Shown piece by piece: positions 18,780 through 28,298 of a stretch of DNA of 49,464 nt. How positions within the stretch are numbered: position 1 is the stretch's first letter; each line of letters starts with the position of its first letter. The notes beneath the pieces were generated by a model. It was not told the origin of the DNA. It worked only from the letters and a program-made list of their open reading frames with translations, and made no database searches. This stretch comes from an uncultured Methylotenera sp. (GTDB lineage: Bacteria > Pseudomonadota > Gammaproteobacteria > Burkholderiales > Methylophilaceae): the NCBI GenBank assembly GCA_964437895.1, contig CAYTIV010000001.1:1-49464 (forward strand), given 5' to 3'. A program made the translations under genes and the position numbers.

Positions 18780-21700
18780 ATGTCCAGTCAAGCGCATTTT
18801 TTTAGCCTGCGCGGCAGCGCCGCCCTCTCGCAATTCCGTCTCGATAAACTGTATGGCAGCCTGAAAGTCAGCGCGCCAAATATTGCACATATCTACACCG
18901 AGTTTGTGCATTTCGCATTCAGCGAAACCGCACTGAGTGCCGCCGAGCAAGACACCTTGCGCCAGATTTTGACGTACGGCCCACATACCGACATCGAATC
19001 CCCCAGTGGTGAGCTGCTGCTGGTGATTCCACGCGTAGGCACCATTTCACCTTGGGCTTCACGTGCAACTGATATTGCGCACAACTGTGGCCTGAGCAGC
19101 CTGTTACGCCTAGAGCGCGGCATTGCTTACTACGTGACCACTGGCAACGGTCAGCCACTCAATGACGCTGAAAAGCAGGCCCTGCGAACAGCCATTCAGG
19201 ACCGCATGACCGAAACCGTGGTGTATGCGCTGTCAGAAGCCGAGCACCTTTATCACCATGCAGACCCCAAACCGCTCTCCAGCATTGATATTCTGGCCGG
19301 TGGCAAAGCCGCACTAGAAGCAGCCAATAACGACATGGGCTTGGCACTGTCTCCAGACGAAGTAGATTACCTGCTGGAAAACTATAGCAAGATGGGCCGC
19401 AACCCGACTGACGTCGAACTGATGATGTTTGCCCAGGCCAACTCTGAACATTGCCGTCACAAAATCTTCAATGCGGATTGGGTGATTGATGGCGTACAGC
19501 AAGAGCTGTCGCTGTTCAACATGATCCGCAACACACACAAGCTGAACCCGGGACATACCGTGGTGGCTTACTCCGATAACTCCTCCATCGTTGCGGGCCA
19601 AAAAACCAAGCGTTTCTACCCGGCGGCCGACCAAAGTTATCAGTTTGTCGAAGACAATATGCACTACCTGATGAAGGTGGAAACGCATAACCACCCCACC
19701 GCGATCTCACCGTTTGCAGGCGCAGCCACAGGTGCGGGTGGCGAGATTCGTGACGAGGGTGCCACCGGCATCGGCTCCAAACCCAAAGCGGGCCTGACAG
19801 GTTTTTCAGTTTCCAACCTCAACCTGCCTGGCTTCGAGCAACCTTGGGAGACGGCCTACGGCAAACCAGGTCGTATCGCCAGCCCGTTGCAAATCATGAT
19901 AGACGGTCCACTCGGTGGCGCCGCTTATAACAACGAATTCGGCCGCCCCAATATTGCCGGTTACTTCCGTACCTTTGAACTGGCAGCGCCAACCGCAGAT
20001 GGCAACACCGAGGTGCGTGGTTACCACAAACCCATCATGCTGGCCGGTGGCGTGGGCAATATTTCAGACAGCCATAGCCACAAAAACAGCATTCCACCGG
20101 GTTCAGCCCTGATTCAACTGGGCGGGCCTGCCATGTTAATCGGTCTGGGCGGCGGCGCAGCCTCCAGTATGGATACCGGTGCCAACACCGAGAACCTCGA
20201 CTTTGACTCCGTACAACGCGGCAACCCAGAACTCCAACGCCGTGCACAAGAGGTGATTGACCGTTGCTGGCAAATGGGTGACAAAAACCCTATCCTCAGC
20301 ATTCATGACGTAGGCGCCGGCGGCATCTCCAACGCCTTCCCTGAACTGGTGAATGACGCCAAGGTAGGCGCGGTGTTCCAACTGCGCGATGTCCACAACG
20401 AAGAGCCCGGCATGAGCCCGCGTGAACTGTGGAGCAACGAAGCACAAGAGCGCTACGTACTGGCCGTGACACAAGATCAGTTGCCGCTGTTTGAAGCCAT
20501 CTGCGAACGCGAGCGTTGCCCGTTTGCCGTCGTTGGTGTGACCACAGAAGCTCGCCATCTGGCCGTAGAAGATACTCACTTTGACAACAAGCCGGTGGAC
20601 ATGGATCTGTCTGTCCTGTTGGGTAAACCGCCAAAAATGCTGCGTGATGTGACCTCTGTCAGCAAATCACTGCCGGCGTTTGATAGCAGCCACATCACCC
20701 TAGAAGAGGCCGTGGCACGTGTGCTGCGCTTGCCAGGGGTGGCGGACAAGACATTCCTCATTACCATTGGTGACCGCAGCGTGACTGGCCTTATCGCCCG
20801 TGACCAGATGGTCGGCCCATGGCAAATTCCCGTCAGCAACGTCGCCGTGACCTGTGCCGGCTTTGAGACCACCATAGGCGAAGCGTTCGCCATCGGTGAA
20901 AAAGCGCCGCTGGCCTTGATTGATGCGCCTGCTTCAGGCCGCATGGCGATTGGCGAAGCCATCACCAACATCGCAGCCGCCCGCATCTCTGACATCGGCA
21001 ACCTTAAGCTGTCAGCGAACTGGATGGCCCCGGCCGGTCATGCAGGTGAAGATGCCGCGCTGTATGCCACCGTGAAAACCGTGGGCATGGAACTGTGTCC
21101 GGCACTGGGCATCAGCATCCCCGTCGGCAAAGACTCCATGAGCATGAAGACCGTTTGGCAAGATAACGGCGAAAACAAAGCCGTGACGGCGCCGATCTCA
21201 CTGGTGATCTCCGCTTTTGCGAATACACCAGATGTACGCCAGACGCTGACACCACAACTGCGCACCGATCTGGGTGACAGCGAACTGATCCTGATCGACC
21301 TCGGCAATGGCCGCAACCGCATGGGCGGCTCGTCGTTGGCACAGGTTTACCAACAACTGGGTAACAGCGTGCCTGATGTGGATCAGCCTGCACAACTGAA
21401 AGCCTTTTTTGCCGCGATTCAGCAACTGAATGCCGATGGCAAGTTGCTGGCGTATCACGATCGCTCTGATGGTGGTCTGTACGTCACACTGGCAGAAATG
21501 GCGTTTGCCGGTCACTGCGGCCTGAACATCGACCTCTCCAGCCTGAGCAGAGACCTGCTGAGCGTGCTGTTTAACGAAGAACTAGGCGCTGTGGTACAGG
21601 TACGCGCCAGTGAAGCGGCGGCCATTAGCAACCTGTTACAGCAAGCGCTGGGCCACTGTGTGCACCGTATCGGCCAAGTGGTGGATGGCGTGCAAATCAC

Positions 21701-22691
21701 GCTCAGCCAGGGCAGCACACGCTACCAGGCCTCACGCGTAGACCTGCATCGCATGTGGTCAGAGACCACCTACCGCATGCAAAGCCTGCGTGACAACCCA
21801 GTCTGTGCGCAGCAAGAGTACGACCGCATCCTCAATGCGGAGGATGCTGGCCTGCATGTCGCGCTCAGTTACGACTTGAACGATAACGTGGCGGCGCCTT
21901 ACATCCAAACCGGCAAACGCCCCAACATGGCGATTCTGCGTGAGCAAGGCGTGAACGGCCAGACCGAAATGGCCGCGGCGTTTGACCGCGCCGGATTTAA
22001 CAGCGTGGATGTCCACATGAGTGACGTCATCAGCGGACGCGTTTCGCTGAAAGACTTTGCCGGCCTGGTGGCTTGCGGCGGCTTCTCTTATGGTGACGTA
22101 CTGGGCGCAGGCGAAGGCTGGGCAAAATCCATCTTGTTCAACAGCCGTGCGCGCGATGAATTCAGTGCCTTCTTCAACCGCGCCGATACGTTCGCACTCG
22201 GCGTCTGCAACGGTTGCCAGATGATGAGTAACCTGCACAGCATCATTCCGGGGGCTGAGCACTGGCCGCACTTTGTACGCAACAAGTCTGAACAATTTGA
22301 AGCCCGCGTGGCTTTGGTCGAGATTCTGTCCTCCCCCTCCATCTTCTTTGATGGCATGGCCGGCAGCCGCATGCCGATTGCTGTGGCCCATGGTGAAGGT
22401 TTTACGGAATTTACTGATGCCAGCGCGGTCTCAAGTGTGCTACAACAGCAACTGGCAACACTGCGTTATGTAGACCATGCTGCGCAGGCGACCGAAGTGT
22501 ACCCTTTCAACCCGAATGGTTCGCCACAGGGCTTGACCGGGTTCACCACGCAAGACGGTCGTTTCAGCATCATGATGCCACACCCTGAACGTGTCTTCAG
22601 AGCGGTGCAGCACTCCTGGCGTCCTGATGGCTGGCAGGAAGACGGCCCTTGGATGCGCATGTTCAGAAACGCACGCAAGTTTGTGGGTTAA
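18780..22691 (+). CDS. purL: Phosphoribosylformylglycinamidine synthase (large type)
   Basis: 1303 aa; [37 protein letters not shown]. Confidence 0.98.
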   Translation: MSSQAHFFSLRGSAALSQFRLDKLYGSLKVSAPNIAHIYTEFVHFAFSETALSAAEQDTLRQILTYGPHTDIESPSGELLLVIPRVGTISPWASRATDIAHNCGLSSLLRLERGIAYYVTTGNGQPLNDAEKQALRTAIQDRMTETVVYALSEAEHLYHHADPKPLSSIDILAGGKAALEAANNDMGLALSPDEVDYLLENYSKMGRNPTDVELMMFAQANSEHCRHKIFNADWVIDGVQQELSLFNMIRNTHKLNPGHTVVAYSDNSSIVAGQKTKRFYPAADQSYQFVEDNMHYLMKVETHNHPTAISPFAGAATGAGGEIRDEGATGIGSKPKAGLTGFSVSNLNLPGFEQPWETAYGKPGRIASPLQIMIDGPLGGAAYNNEFGRPNIAGYFRTFELAAPTADGNTEVRGYHKPIMLAGGVGNISDSHSHKNSIPPGSALIQLGGPAMLIGLGGGAASSMDTGANTENLDFDSVQRGNPELQRRAQEVIDRCWQMGDKNPILSIHDVGAGGISNAFPELVNDAKVGAVFQLRDVHNEEPGMSPRELWSNEAQERYVLAVTQDQLPLFEAICERERCPFAVVGVTTEARHLAVEDTHFDNKPVDMDLSVLLGKPPKMLRDVTSVSKSLPAFDSSHITLEEAVARVLRLPGVADKTFLITIGDRSVTGLIARDQMVGPWQIPVSNVAVTCAGFETTIGEAFAIGEKAPLALIDAPASGRMAIGEAITNIAAARISDIGNLKLSANWMAPAGHAGEDAALYATVKTVGMELCPALGISIPVGKDSMSMKTVWQDNGENKAVTAPISLVISAFANTPDVRQTLTPQLRTDLGDSELILIDLGNGRNRMGGSSLAQVYQQLGNSVPDVDQPAQLKAFFAAIQQLNADGKLLAYHDRSDGGLYVTLAEMAFAGHCGLNIDLSSLSRDLLSVLFNEELGAVVQVRASEAAAISNLLQQALGHCVHRIGQVVDGVQITLSQGSTRYQASRVDLHRMWSETTYRMQSLRDNPVCAQQEYDRILNAEDAGLHVALSYDLNDNVAAPYIQTGKRPNMAILREQGVNGQTEMAAAFDRAGFNSVDVHMSDVISGRVSLKDFAGLVACGGFSYGDVLGAGEGWAKSILFNSRARDEFSAFFNRADTFALGVCNGCQMMSNLHSIIPGAEHWPHFVRNKSEQFEARVALVEILSSPSIFFDGMAGSRMPIAVAHGEGFTEFTDASAVSSVLQQQLATLRYVDHAAQATEVYPFNPNGSPQGLTGFTTQDGRFSIMMPHPERVFRAVQHSWRPDGWQEDGPWMRMFRNARKFVG

Positions 22692-22774
22692 GTGATAAAC
22701 CGGGGCCACCCGGGGCATCACCATCAAAAACAAGTTGTTATTTTTAAAATGAAAATCAGGTGTTTGGAGAGATT

Positions 22775-23260
22775 ATGAAATTAGTTAAGTTTTTAGTCGC
22801 ACTGTGCTCACTGTCCTTCGCGGTGCAAGCGTTTGCCTTGTCTGACGAGGATTACATGGAGTTTACAGAGGCACTGACCGGCGGCAACGTCAAAGTGGTT
22901 AAAAAGTTTGTTGAAGCGGAGCCTACATTGGTCAAACAGAAGTTCTTTGCTTGGGAGCCGCTGCAAATGGCTGCCTCCAAAGGCAAAATTGAGGTGGTGA
23001 AATATTTGGTGTCCAAGGGCGCTGATCTCAACTACGTGCATCCTGCCAGCCACAATACGGCCTTCCATATGTCTGCCTTTATCGGCGACACCGAGACCAT
23101 GAAATACCTGGCCGCATCTGGTGCTGACGTGAACATCAAACTGAAAGGCGATGTTTCTCTGTTGCGCTATTTCAAAGAAGAAAACAACCAGAAAATGGTG
23201 GACCTGCTGACACAGCTTGGCACCAAAAACGATGGTTGCCAGGAAGAAAAATGCTTCTAA
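22775..23260 (+). CDS. Exported ankyrin-repeat protein
   Basis: ATG 22775 after GGAG; signal peptide ending AFA; PLQMAASKG..VVKYLVSKGADLN and TAFHMSA..GADVN repeats. Confidence 0.85.
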   Translation: MKLVKFLVALCSLSFAVQAFALSDEDYMEFTEALTGGNVKVVKKFVEAEPTLVKQKFFAWEPLQMAASKGKIEVVKYLVSKGADLNYVHPASHNTAFHMSAFIGDTETMKYLAASGADVNIKLKGDVSLLRYFKEENNQKMVDLLTQLGTKNDGCQEEKCF

Positions 23261-23289
23261 GCCACACGCTAGGGCTCTGATGTCTTACA

Positions 23290-23324
23290 AAAAACGGTCA
23301 TGAGATTCATGGCCGTTTTTGTTT
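23290..23324 (+). terminator. Intrinsic terminator after ankyrin gene
   Basis: AAAAACGGTCATGA-GAT-TCATGGCCGTTTTT (one G-U pair). Confidence 0.75.
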
Positions 23325-23393
23325 ATACCAGCGGGCACTGGCGCCAGCGGACATGACTGCCTGTGACCAGAGTCACGCACAGGCTGACCGTAA

Positions 23394-23417
23394 ATTGAGA
23401 ATAATGTGACTCTCAAT
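23394..23417. promoter_or_regulatory. Candidate operator (inverted repeat) upstream of the fcc operon
   Basis: ATTGAGA-N10-TCTCAAT; left half TGAGAATAAT resembles a Fur half-site. Confidence 0.45.
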
Positions 23418-23438
23418 CACCACACGCCAGAGGGAAGA

Positions 23439-23789
23439 ATGAACTTGCGAACACCTACGTTGCTGGGCTTGCTTCTGAGCCTGACCTGTATCCCCATCGC
23501 CAGCTTGGCTGACAGCCCAGTGCGCACACTGGCCGCCTCTTGTGCCGCCTGCCATGGTCCAGAGGGCAACAGCCTAGGCGGCACGCCGACACTGGCGGCC
23601 CTCAATCCCGAGTATTTCATTCAGCGTATGCAGGGCTTTAAAAGTGGTGCCGTCACAGCAACCGTCATGCACCAGCATGCCAAGGGGCTGACCACGGATG
23701 AAATCACTGCACTGGCCACTTACTTTGCACAACAACCCAGACGCACAGCCCCGGCCTTGCCCCAGCAGGCTTACAAAGGAGCGCAATGA
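23439..23789 (+). CDS. fccA: Monoheme cytochrome c subunit of flavocytochrome c (FccA-like)
   Basis: ATG 23439 after GAGGGA; Sec signal; single CAACH; distal Met in TVMHQHAKG; overlaps flavoprotein start. Confidence 0.82.
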   Translation: MNLRTPTLLGLLLSLTCIPIASLADSPVRTLAASCAACHGPEGNSLGGTPTLAALNPEYFIQRMQGFKSGAVTATVMHQHAKGLTTDEITALATYFAQQPRRTAPALPQQAYKGAQ

Positions 23790-25084
23790 TGAACGCTGAG
23801 TCACAAGCACTGCTGAAGGCGGGCAACCCGACCCGTAGAACCTTTGTACGCTCGGTAATCTATGGCGGATTGGCGTTTGCTGGACTGCCCGCGTTTGGCC
23901 GCGCCAGCCCGGCCCCGCTCGGACATGTGGTGATTGCCGGGGCAGGCTTTGCCGGACTGACGGCGGCCAAATACCTGCGCGACTGGAGCCTAGGCAACCT
24001 CAAGGTGACCGTGGTAGAGCCGCACCCGCAGTTTATCTCCTGCCCACAAAGCAATCTGGTGTTGGGCGGCAGTCGCACGCTGGATCAGCTGAGCTTTGGC
24101 TACAGCACCGCCCGCAAACAGCACGGCATTCAGTGGGTGCAGGATCAGGTGACGGCGATTGACCCCACACGCAAACAAGTGCAACTGATGCGCGGCCAGC
24201 TCAGCTATGACCGCTTGATTCTGGCACCGGGTGTCGCGTTCAACTATCAAGGCATAGCGGGCCTAAACGCGCCGGTAGACGATATTCCACATGCTTGGAA
24301 AGCCGGTCGACAAACCCTGTTATTACGGCAGCAGCTAGAGCAGATGCCCGATGGCGGCACCTTTGTCATGACCATCCCGCCCGCCCCTTACCGCTGCCCC
24401 CCAGGCCCCTACGAGCGCGCTTGTCAGTTGGCCCACTATTTCAAACAGAACAAACCGCACAGCAAAGTCATTATTCTGGATGCCAACCCGGACATCATTT
24501 CGAAAAAAGGCTTGTTCATGCAAAGCTTTTCAGGCGCGTATCGCGACCTGATTGAATATCACAATAACAGCAGTATTCTGCAACTGGATGCTGCGCAAAA
24601 GACTGTCAGAACAGACTTTGAGACGGTGCGCGCAGACGTGCTGAACGTGATTCCGCCACAACTGGCGGGCCAGGTCGCCAAAGACGCCGGGCTGGCCAAT
24701 GTGGATCAGCGCTGGTGCGAAGTCGACTTCGTCACTTATGCCAGCAGCCTGCATGCGGACATCCATGTCATCGGCGACAGCATCTCGGCGGGCCTGCCTA
24801 AGTCTGCCCACATGGCAACCTCTCAGGCCAAGGTCTGCGCGGCGGCCATCATAGACTTGCAGGCAGGTCAAACGCCCAACCCGCTGCCAGTGTTTGCCAA
24901 CACCTGCTACAGCTTTGTGGATGACAGGCAAGCCATGCATGTGGCGAACGTTTATCGCTATGACCCGGTCAAAAAATCCATGATTTCGGCAGAAGGCGGT
25001 GGCGTATCCACACAAGCATCCATCCAGGAAGGCGATTACGCCCAGGCCTGGGCCATGAATATCTGGGCAGACACGCTGACATGA
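23786..25084 (+). CDS. fccB: Flavocytochrome c sulfide dehydrogenase flavoprotein subunit
   Basis: Tat signal TRRTFV; GAGFAG dinucleotide motif; SCPQSN (flavin-linking Cys), YRCPPGPYERA and NTCYS (active-site disulfide Cys), PKSAHMA. Confidence 0.88.
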   Translation: MMNAESQALLKAGNPTRRTFVRSVIYGGLAFAGLPAFGRASPAPLGHVVIAGAGFAGLTAAKYLRDWSLGNLKVTVVEPHPQFISCPQSNLVLGGSRTLDQLSFGYSTARKQHGIQWVQDQVTAIDPTRKQVQLMRGQLSYDRLILAPGVAFNYQGIAGLNAPVDDIPHAWKAGRQTLLLRQQLEQMPDGGTFVMTIPPAPYRCPPGPYERACQLAHYFKQNKPHSKVIILDANPDIISKKGLFMQSFSGAYRDLIEYHNNSSILQLDAAQKTVRTDFETVRADVLNVIPPQLAGQVAKDAGLANVDQRWCEVDFVTYASSLHADIHVIGDSISAGLPKSAHMATSQAKVCAAAIIDLQAGQTPNPLPVFANTCYSFVDDRQAMHVANVYRYDPVKKSMISAEGGGVSTQASIQEGDYAQAWAMNIWADTLT

Positions 25085-26292
25085 CCACCCGTCATGACCA
25101 GCACTCCGCAAGCAGCGATTGGTCACGCTTGCTCATGATTGCTCTGCTGGGTCTAGGCGTGGCACTAGGGCTGCACGATGCCCGCGCGCAATCGCCCGAG
25201 GTGAATGCGGCCTTGTCTAGCTTGCAAGTGCCGGCGGGCCTCAAGATAGAACGCTTTAGTGATGTGAGCGCCTGGGGTTCGCCACGCATGCTAACGCTGG
25301 ATACACGCGGCCAACTCTTGGTGAGCATGACGGACAGCGGTCGCATCCTGCGGCTCAATGCACAGGGGCAGGCCGAAGTCATTGCACAAGGCCTGAATGC
25401 ACCGCACGGCCTCGCCATGCTGGGCCAAGACTTGCTGGTAGCAGAACAAACCGGGGTGCTACGCTTACCCGCAGCAGGCGATGGCTGGGGCACGCCGATA
25501 CCATTGATCCGCAATCTGCCCAGCGGTGGCCATAGCCTTAAAACCATCAAAGTCTCGCCGGATGGCTTTTTGTTCATCAATGTCGGTTCCAGCTGCAATG
25601 TCTGCGTCGAAGAAAATCCCATGCGCGCCACCCTCTTACGCTACACGGCTGACGGCCGGCCAGCTGGCGCACTGCTGACCATGGGCCGCCACGCCCAGAG
25701 TGCCATTTGGACGGCGGGTCTGCGTAACAGTCAAGGCATGGCCTGGCACCCGCAGACCGGTGAACTATTTGCCACCAACAATGGTGCCGACCATCGCAGC
25801 GGCGAGCGTAACGGCCCCATAAACGATGACCTGCCGCCCGAACACCTGAACCGCATTGTGGGTGGGCAACATTATGGCTGGCCTTATTGCTGGGCTGACC
25901 CCACACAACCCGCACACCTGATGCAGGACCCTAACATGCCGGGGGATGCCGAGGCCTGCGCACAAGCACAGGGAGCGGCCGCAATATTTCCAGCTCACAG
26001 CACGCCGATAGGCATCACTTTTCTGCACCAGAGCAGCCTGCCAGCAGCGTTACGGCAAGATGCCATCGTGGCGTTGCATGGCTCCTGGAACCGTAAACAA
26101 CCCAGCGGTTATGCGCTACAGCGTGTACAATTCAGGAACCAACAACCGGTCGCCAGCGTCCCATTCATTACAGGCTGGCTGCAAGGCAAACAAGCTTGGG
26201 GCCGTCCGGTCGATGTCATCACTGGCGCCGATGGCGCACTCTATGTGAGCGATGACCTGACCGGCTGGATTTACCGCATACGCAGTGACTAA
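25081..26292 (+). CDS. PQQ-dependent sugar/sorbosone dehydrogenase family beta-propeller protein
   Basis: Signal/TM segment; GGH, VGSSCNVC, GLRNSQG, YGWPYC, AHSTPIG, LHGSWNR, GRPVDV, GALYVSDD. Confidence 0.85.
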   Translation: MTTRHDQHSASSDWSRLLMIALLGLGVALGLHDARAQSPEVNAALSSLQVPAGLKIERFSDVSAWGSPRMLTLDTRGQLLVSMTDSGRILRLNAQGQAEVIAQGLNAPHGLAMLGQDLLVAEQTGVLRLPAAGDGWGTPIPLIRNLPSGGHSLKTIKVSPDGFLFINVGSSCNVCVEENPMRATLLRYTADGRPAGALLTMGRHAQSAIWTAGLRNSQGMAWHPQTGELFATNNGADHRSGERNGPINDDLPPEHLNRIVGGQHYGWPYCWADPTQPAHLMQDPNMPGDAEACAQAQGAAAIFPAHSTPIGITFLHQSSLPAALRQDAIVALHGSWNRKQPSGYALQRVQFRNQQPVASVPFITGWLQGKQAWGRPVDVITGADGALYVSDDLTGWIYRIRSD

Positions 26293-26326
26293 ATCCTGCG
26301 CCTGCACACGTACTTTAGGAGTCTTC

Positions 26327-26911
26327 ATGAAACGCATCGTATGGTCACTGGGTGCACTACTCAGCCTGGGCTGGCTCGGCTTGGCCCACGCGGAAAGCGC
26401 GCCTGCACTGGTGGTACAGGTCCCCGAATCCTTTTACAAGCACCCGGTTCGCCTGTTACACCCTTACATCAATTACTGGCATGATCGCGCAGAAGCAGCT
26501 GAAACCGTGGGGCTCAATCGCTTTCAGTCCAGCAACTATGCGACCTCCAGCTGCTCTGCCGAGGCAAAAGGACAGGCGCTGGTGGTGATAGAGCCTAATA
26601 TGTTCTACAACCCGCAAACCGGGATTTTTTACAGTGAAATCACAGCCAAGGTCTATCAACAGGCCACCGCCGACACGGCGCTGACCAAGCCGCTACTCAC
26701 CCTCAAGGGTGAAGGTCAGTCTCGTGGCTGGCTAACCTACAATGTGGAGCATTTTGCGCAGCAATCCTACCAGCAGGCATTCGACCAGGTGATTGCACAA
26801 CTGCAGCAGAACACCAGCTTTCAGCAATCGATGACCACCGCGCCGCTACAAACCTACCAGGCCTTGTGTCAGAGCATCGACACACTGAGCCAACCCAAAG
26901 TTTTTTTCTAG
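26327..26911 (+). CDS. Exported hypothetical protein
   Basis: AGGAG RBS before ATG 26327; signal peptide ending AHA; in-operon position. Confidence 0.75.
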   Translation: MKRIVWSLGALLSLGWLGLAHAESAPALVVQVPESFYKHPVRLLHPYINYWHDRAEAAETVGLNRFQSSNYATSSCSAEAKGQALVVIEPNMFYNPQTGIFYSEITAKVYQQATADTALTKPLLTLKGEGQSRGWLTYNVEHFAQQSYQQAFDQVIAQLQQNTSFQQSMTTAPLQTYQALCQSIDTLSQPKVFF

Positions 26912-26919
26912 GAGCCTCC

Positions 26920-27801
26920 ATGCTGTTTGCCTCAACTTCTCGCCGGGTCTTCTCTGCACTACTGACCACGCTTACCTTGGGGACCACCAGTGCCGCTTGT
27001 GCCCATGGGCTGGCTCCGGCCAGTGGTTTGCTGACACCGGAATCTGTCGTACAGGCGGCAGATGGCAAAATCTATGTGTCAGAGATTAACGGCTTTGGTC
27101 AGGATGGCGATGGCCAGATTCGCGTCATCGACCATGGCAAATCCGCAGTCTGGCTGCAAGGGCTGGATGACCCTAAAGGGTTGGTCATCATCGGCAATGA
27201 TCTGTATATCGCCGACAAGACCCGAGTTTTGCGGGCCGCGTTAGACAAGCAGCCAGCCCGTGCAGAAGTGGTACTGGCCGCAAGCGATTTTCCCAAGACC
27301 CCACAGTTTTTGAATGACCTGAGTGCAGATGCAAATGGCAACCTCTATATCAGTGACAGTGGCGACATCCTCGGCAGTGGCAAAGGCGGCGCCATCTACC
27401 AGCTGACGCCACAACGTCAGCTCAATCTGCTACTGGATGGTACGATCGATGCGCGGATACTGGCGCCCAACGGGTTGCTGGCAGATGCCAAAGGCGAACA
27501 TCTGTTGTTGGTCGACTTTACCTCAGGCGTGCTGTATCACTACGACCTGACCCTGAAAACGTTGTCAGAAATCGCCAGTGGCTTTGGCGGCGGTGATGGC
27601 ATCGTCCGTCAGGCCAATGGGCATATTTACGTCAGTGACTGGAAATCAGGCAAGGTGTACAAGGTCAATGCGCAGCACGCGGTCTCCTTGCTCAAAGAGG
27701 GGTATCAGTCTGCGGCAGATATCGCCCTCAGCCAGGATGACCACCATTTGCTGGTGCCAGACATGAAAGCGGGCAAGCTGGACATCATCGACCTTCGTTA
27801 G
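26920..27801 (+). CDS. SMP-30/gluconolactonase family six-bladed propeller, exported
   Basis: AGGAG RBS before ATG 26920; TPESV, DPKGL, FLNDL, APNGL, GGDGI, SAADI motifs. Confidence 0.82.
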   Translation: MLFASTSRRVFSALLTTLTLGTTSAACAHGLAPASGLLTPESVVQAADGKIYVSEINGFGQDGDGQIRVIDHGKSAVWLQGLDDPKGLVIIGNDLYIADKTRVLRAALDKQPARAEVVLAASDFPKTPQFLNDLSADANGNLYISDSGDILGSGKGGAIYQLTPQRQLNLLLDGTIDARILAPNGLLADAKGEHLLLVDFTSGVLYHYDLTLKTLSEIASGFGGGDGIVRQANGHIYVSDWKSGKVYKVNAQHAVSLLKEGYQSAADIALSQDDHHLLVPDMKAGKLDIIDLR

Positions 27802-27804
27802 GCC

Positions 27805-27852
27805 AAGCTTGGCTAACCCAAAGCTTGGTTAACCTAAAGCTTCATTAATCTA
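27805..27852. repeat. Three tandem imperfect 16-bp repeats
   Basis: AAGCTTGGCTAACCCA / AAGCTTGGTTAACCTA / AAGCTTCATTAATCTA. Confidence 0.85.
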
Positions 27853-27855
27853 GGC

Positions 27856-27887
27856 GCAGTGCCACCAAGAAGCAGAGCCACCAAGAA
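27856..27887. repeat. Two tandem 16-bp repeats (different unit)
   Basis: GCAGTGCCACCAAGAA / GCAGAGCCACCAAGAA. Confidence 0.85.
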
Positions 27888-27971
27888 TAATTTCAGCCAA
27901 GACTCTGCGCGCATCACGCTACCGAGGCGTATCTGCTCTGGCGCCGCCCGCGTAGGCGACGATTAACGGGC

Positions 27972-27996
27972 AAAAAAAACCACGCCTAAGCGTGGT
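27972..27996 (-). terminator. Minus-strand intrinsic terminator
   Basis: Minus strand ACCACGC-TTAG-GCGTGGT running into a T8 tract; no tract in the + direction. Confidence 0.85.
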
Positions 27997-28075
27997 GAAG
28001 TGAGAGGATACACACGAAACCGCTGATCATCTGCACACGCCGCAGGGAATTCGGCGTGACCAGATCACTTCACGG
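27972..28075 (-). ncRNA. Candidate 3'-UTR-derived small RNA
   Basis: About 105 nt after the stop at 28076: internal stem CACGCCG/CGGCGTG, 9-bp long-range pair GTGAAGTGA/TCACTTCAC, UCCUCUC seed, terminator with poly-U. Confidence 0.45.
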
Positions 28076-28266
28076 TCACTTGCTTTGCGCAGTATGTTTG
28101 TCAGCCTCCTGTGGGGGGCTAACCGCTGACTGCGCGACAGCGTGTCTGGCAACCTTCAAATGCTTGTGGACGATGGCAGGCCGCGCTGGTGGCTGAGTTG
28201 CAGGACTGCCAGCAATCGCTATAACAGACCTACACAGGCGACACACCACAGCAGAAATCTGTTCAT
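28076..28266 (-). pseudogene. Small secreted peptide gene with apparent frameshift (15 aa as written; about 64 aa if repaired)
   Basis: GGAGG-7nt-ATG at 28266 gives MNRFLLWCVACVGLL* (TAG 28221-28219); the -1 frame continues SVIAIAGSPATQPP...AQSK* to 28076, completing a signal peptide. Confidence 0.55.
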
Positions 28267-28298
28267 AGTTGCGCCTCCGTTGCGTTGTCCATGTGAGC

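Noticed and set aside
27805-27887. Possible CRISPR array
   Set aside because: Units are 16 bp, contiguous and have no spacers; no cas genes in the window
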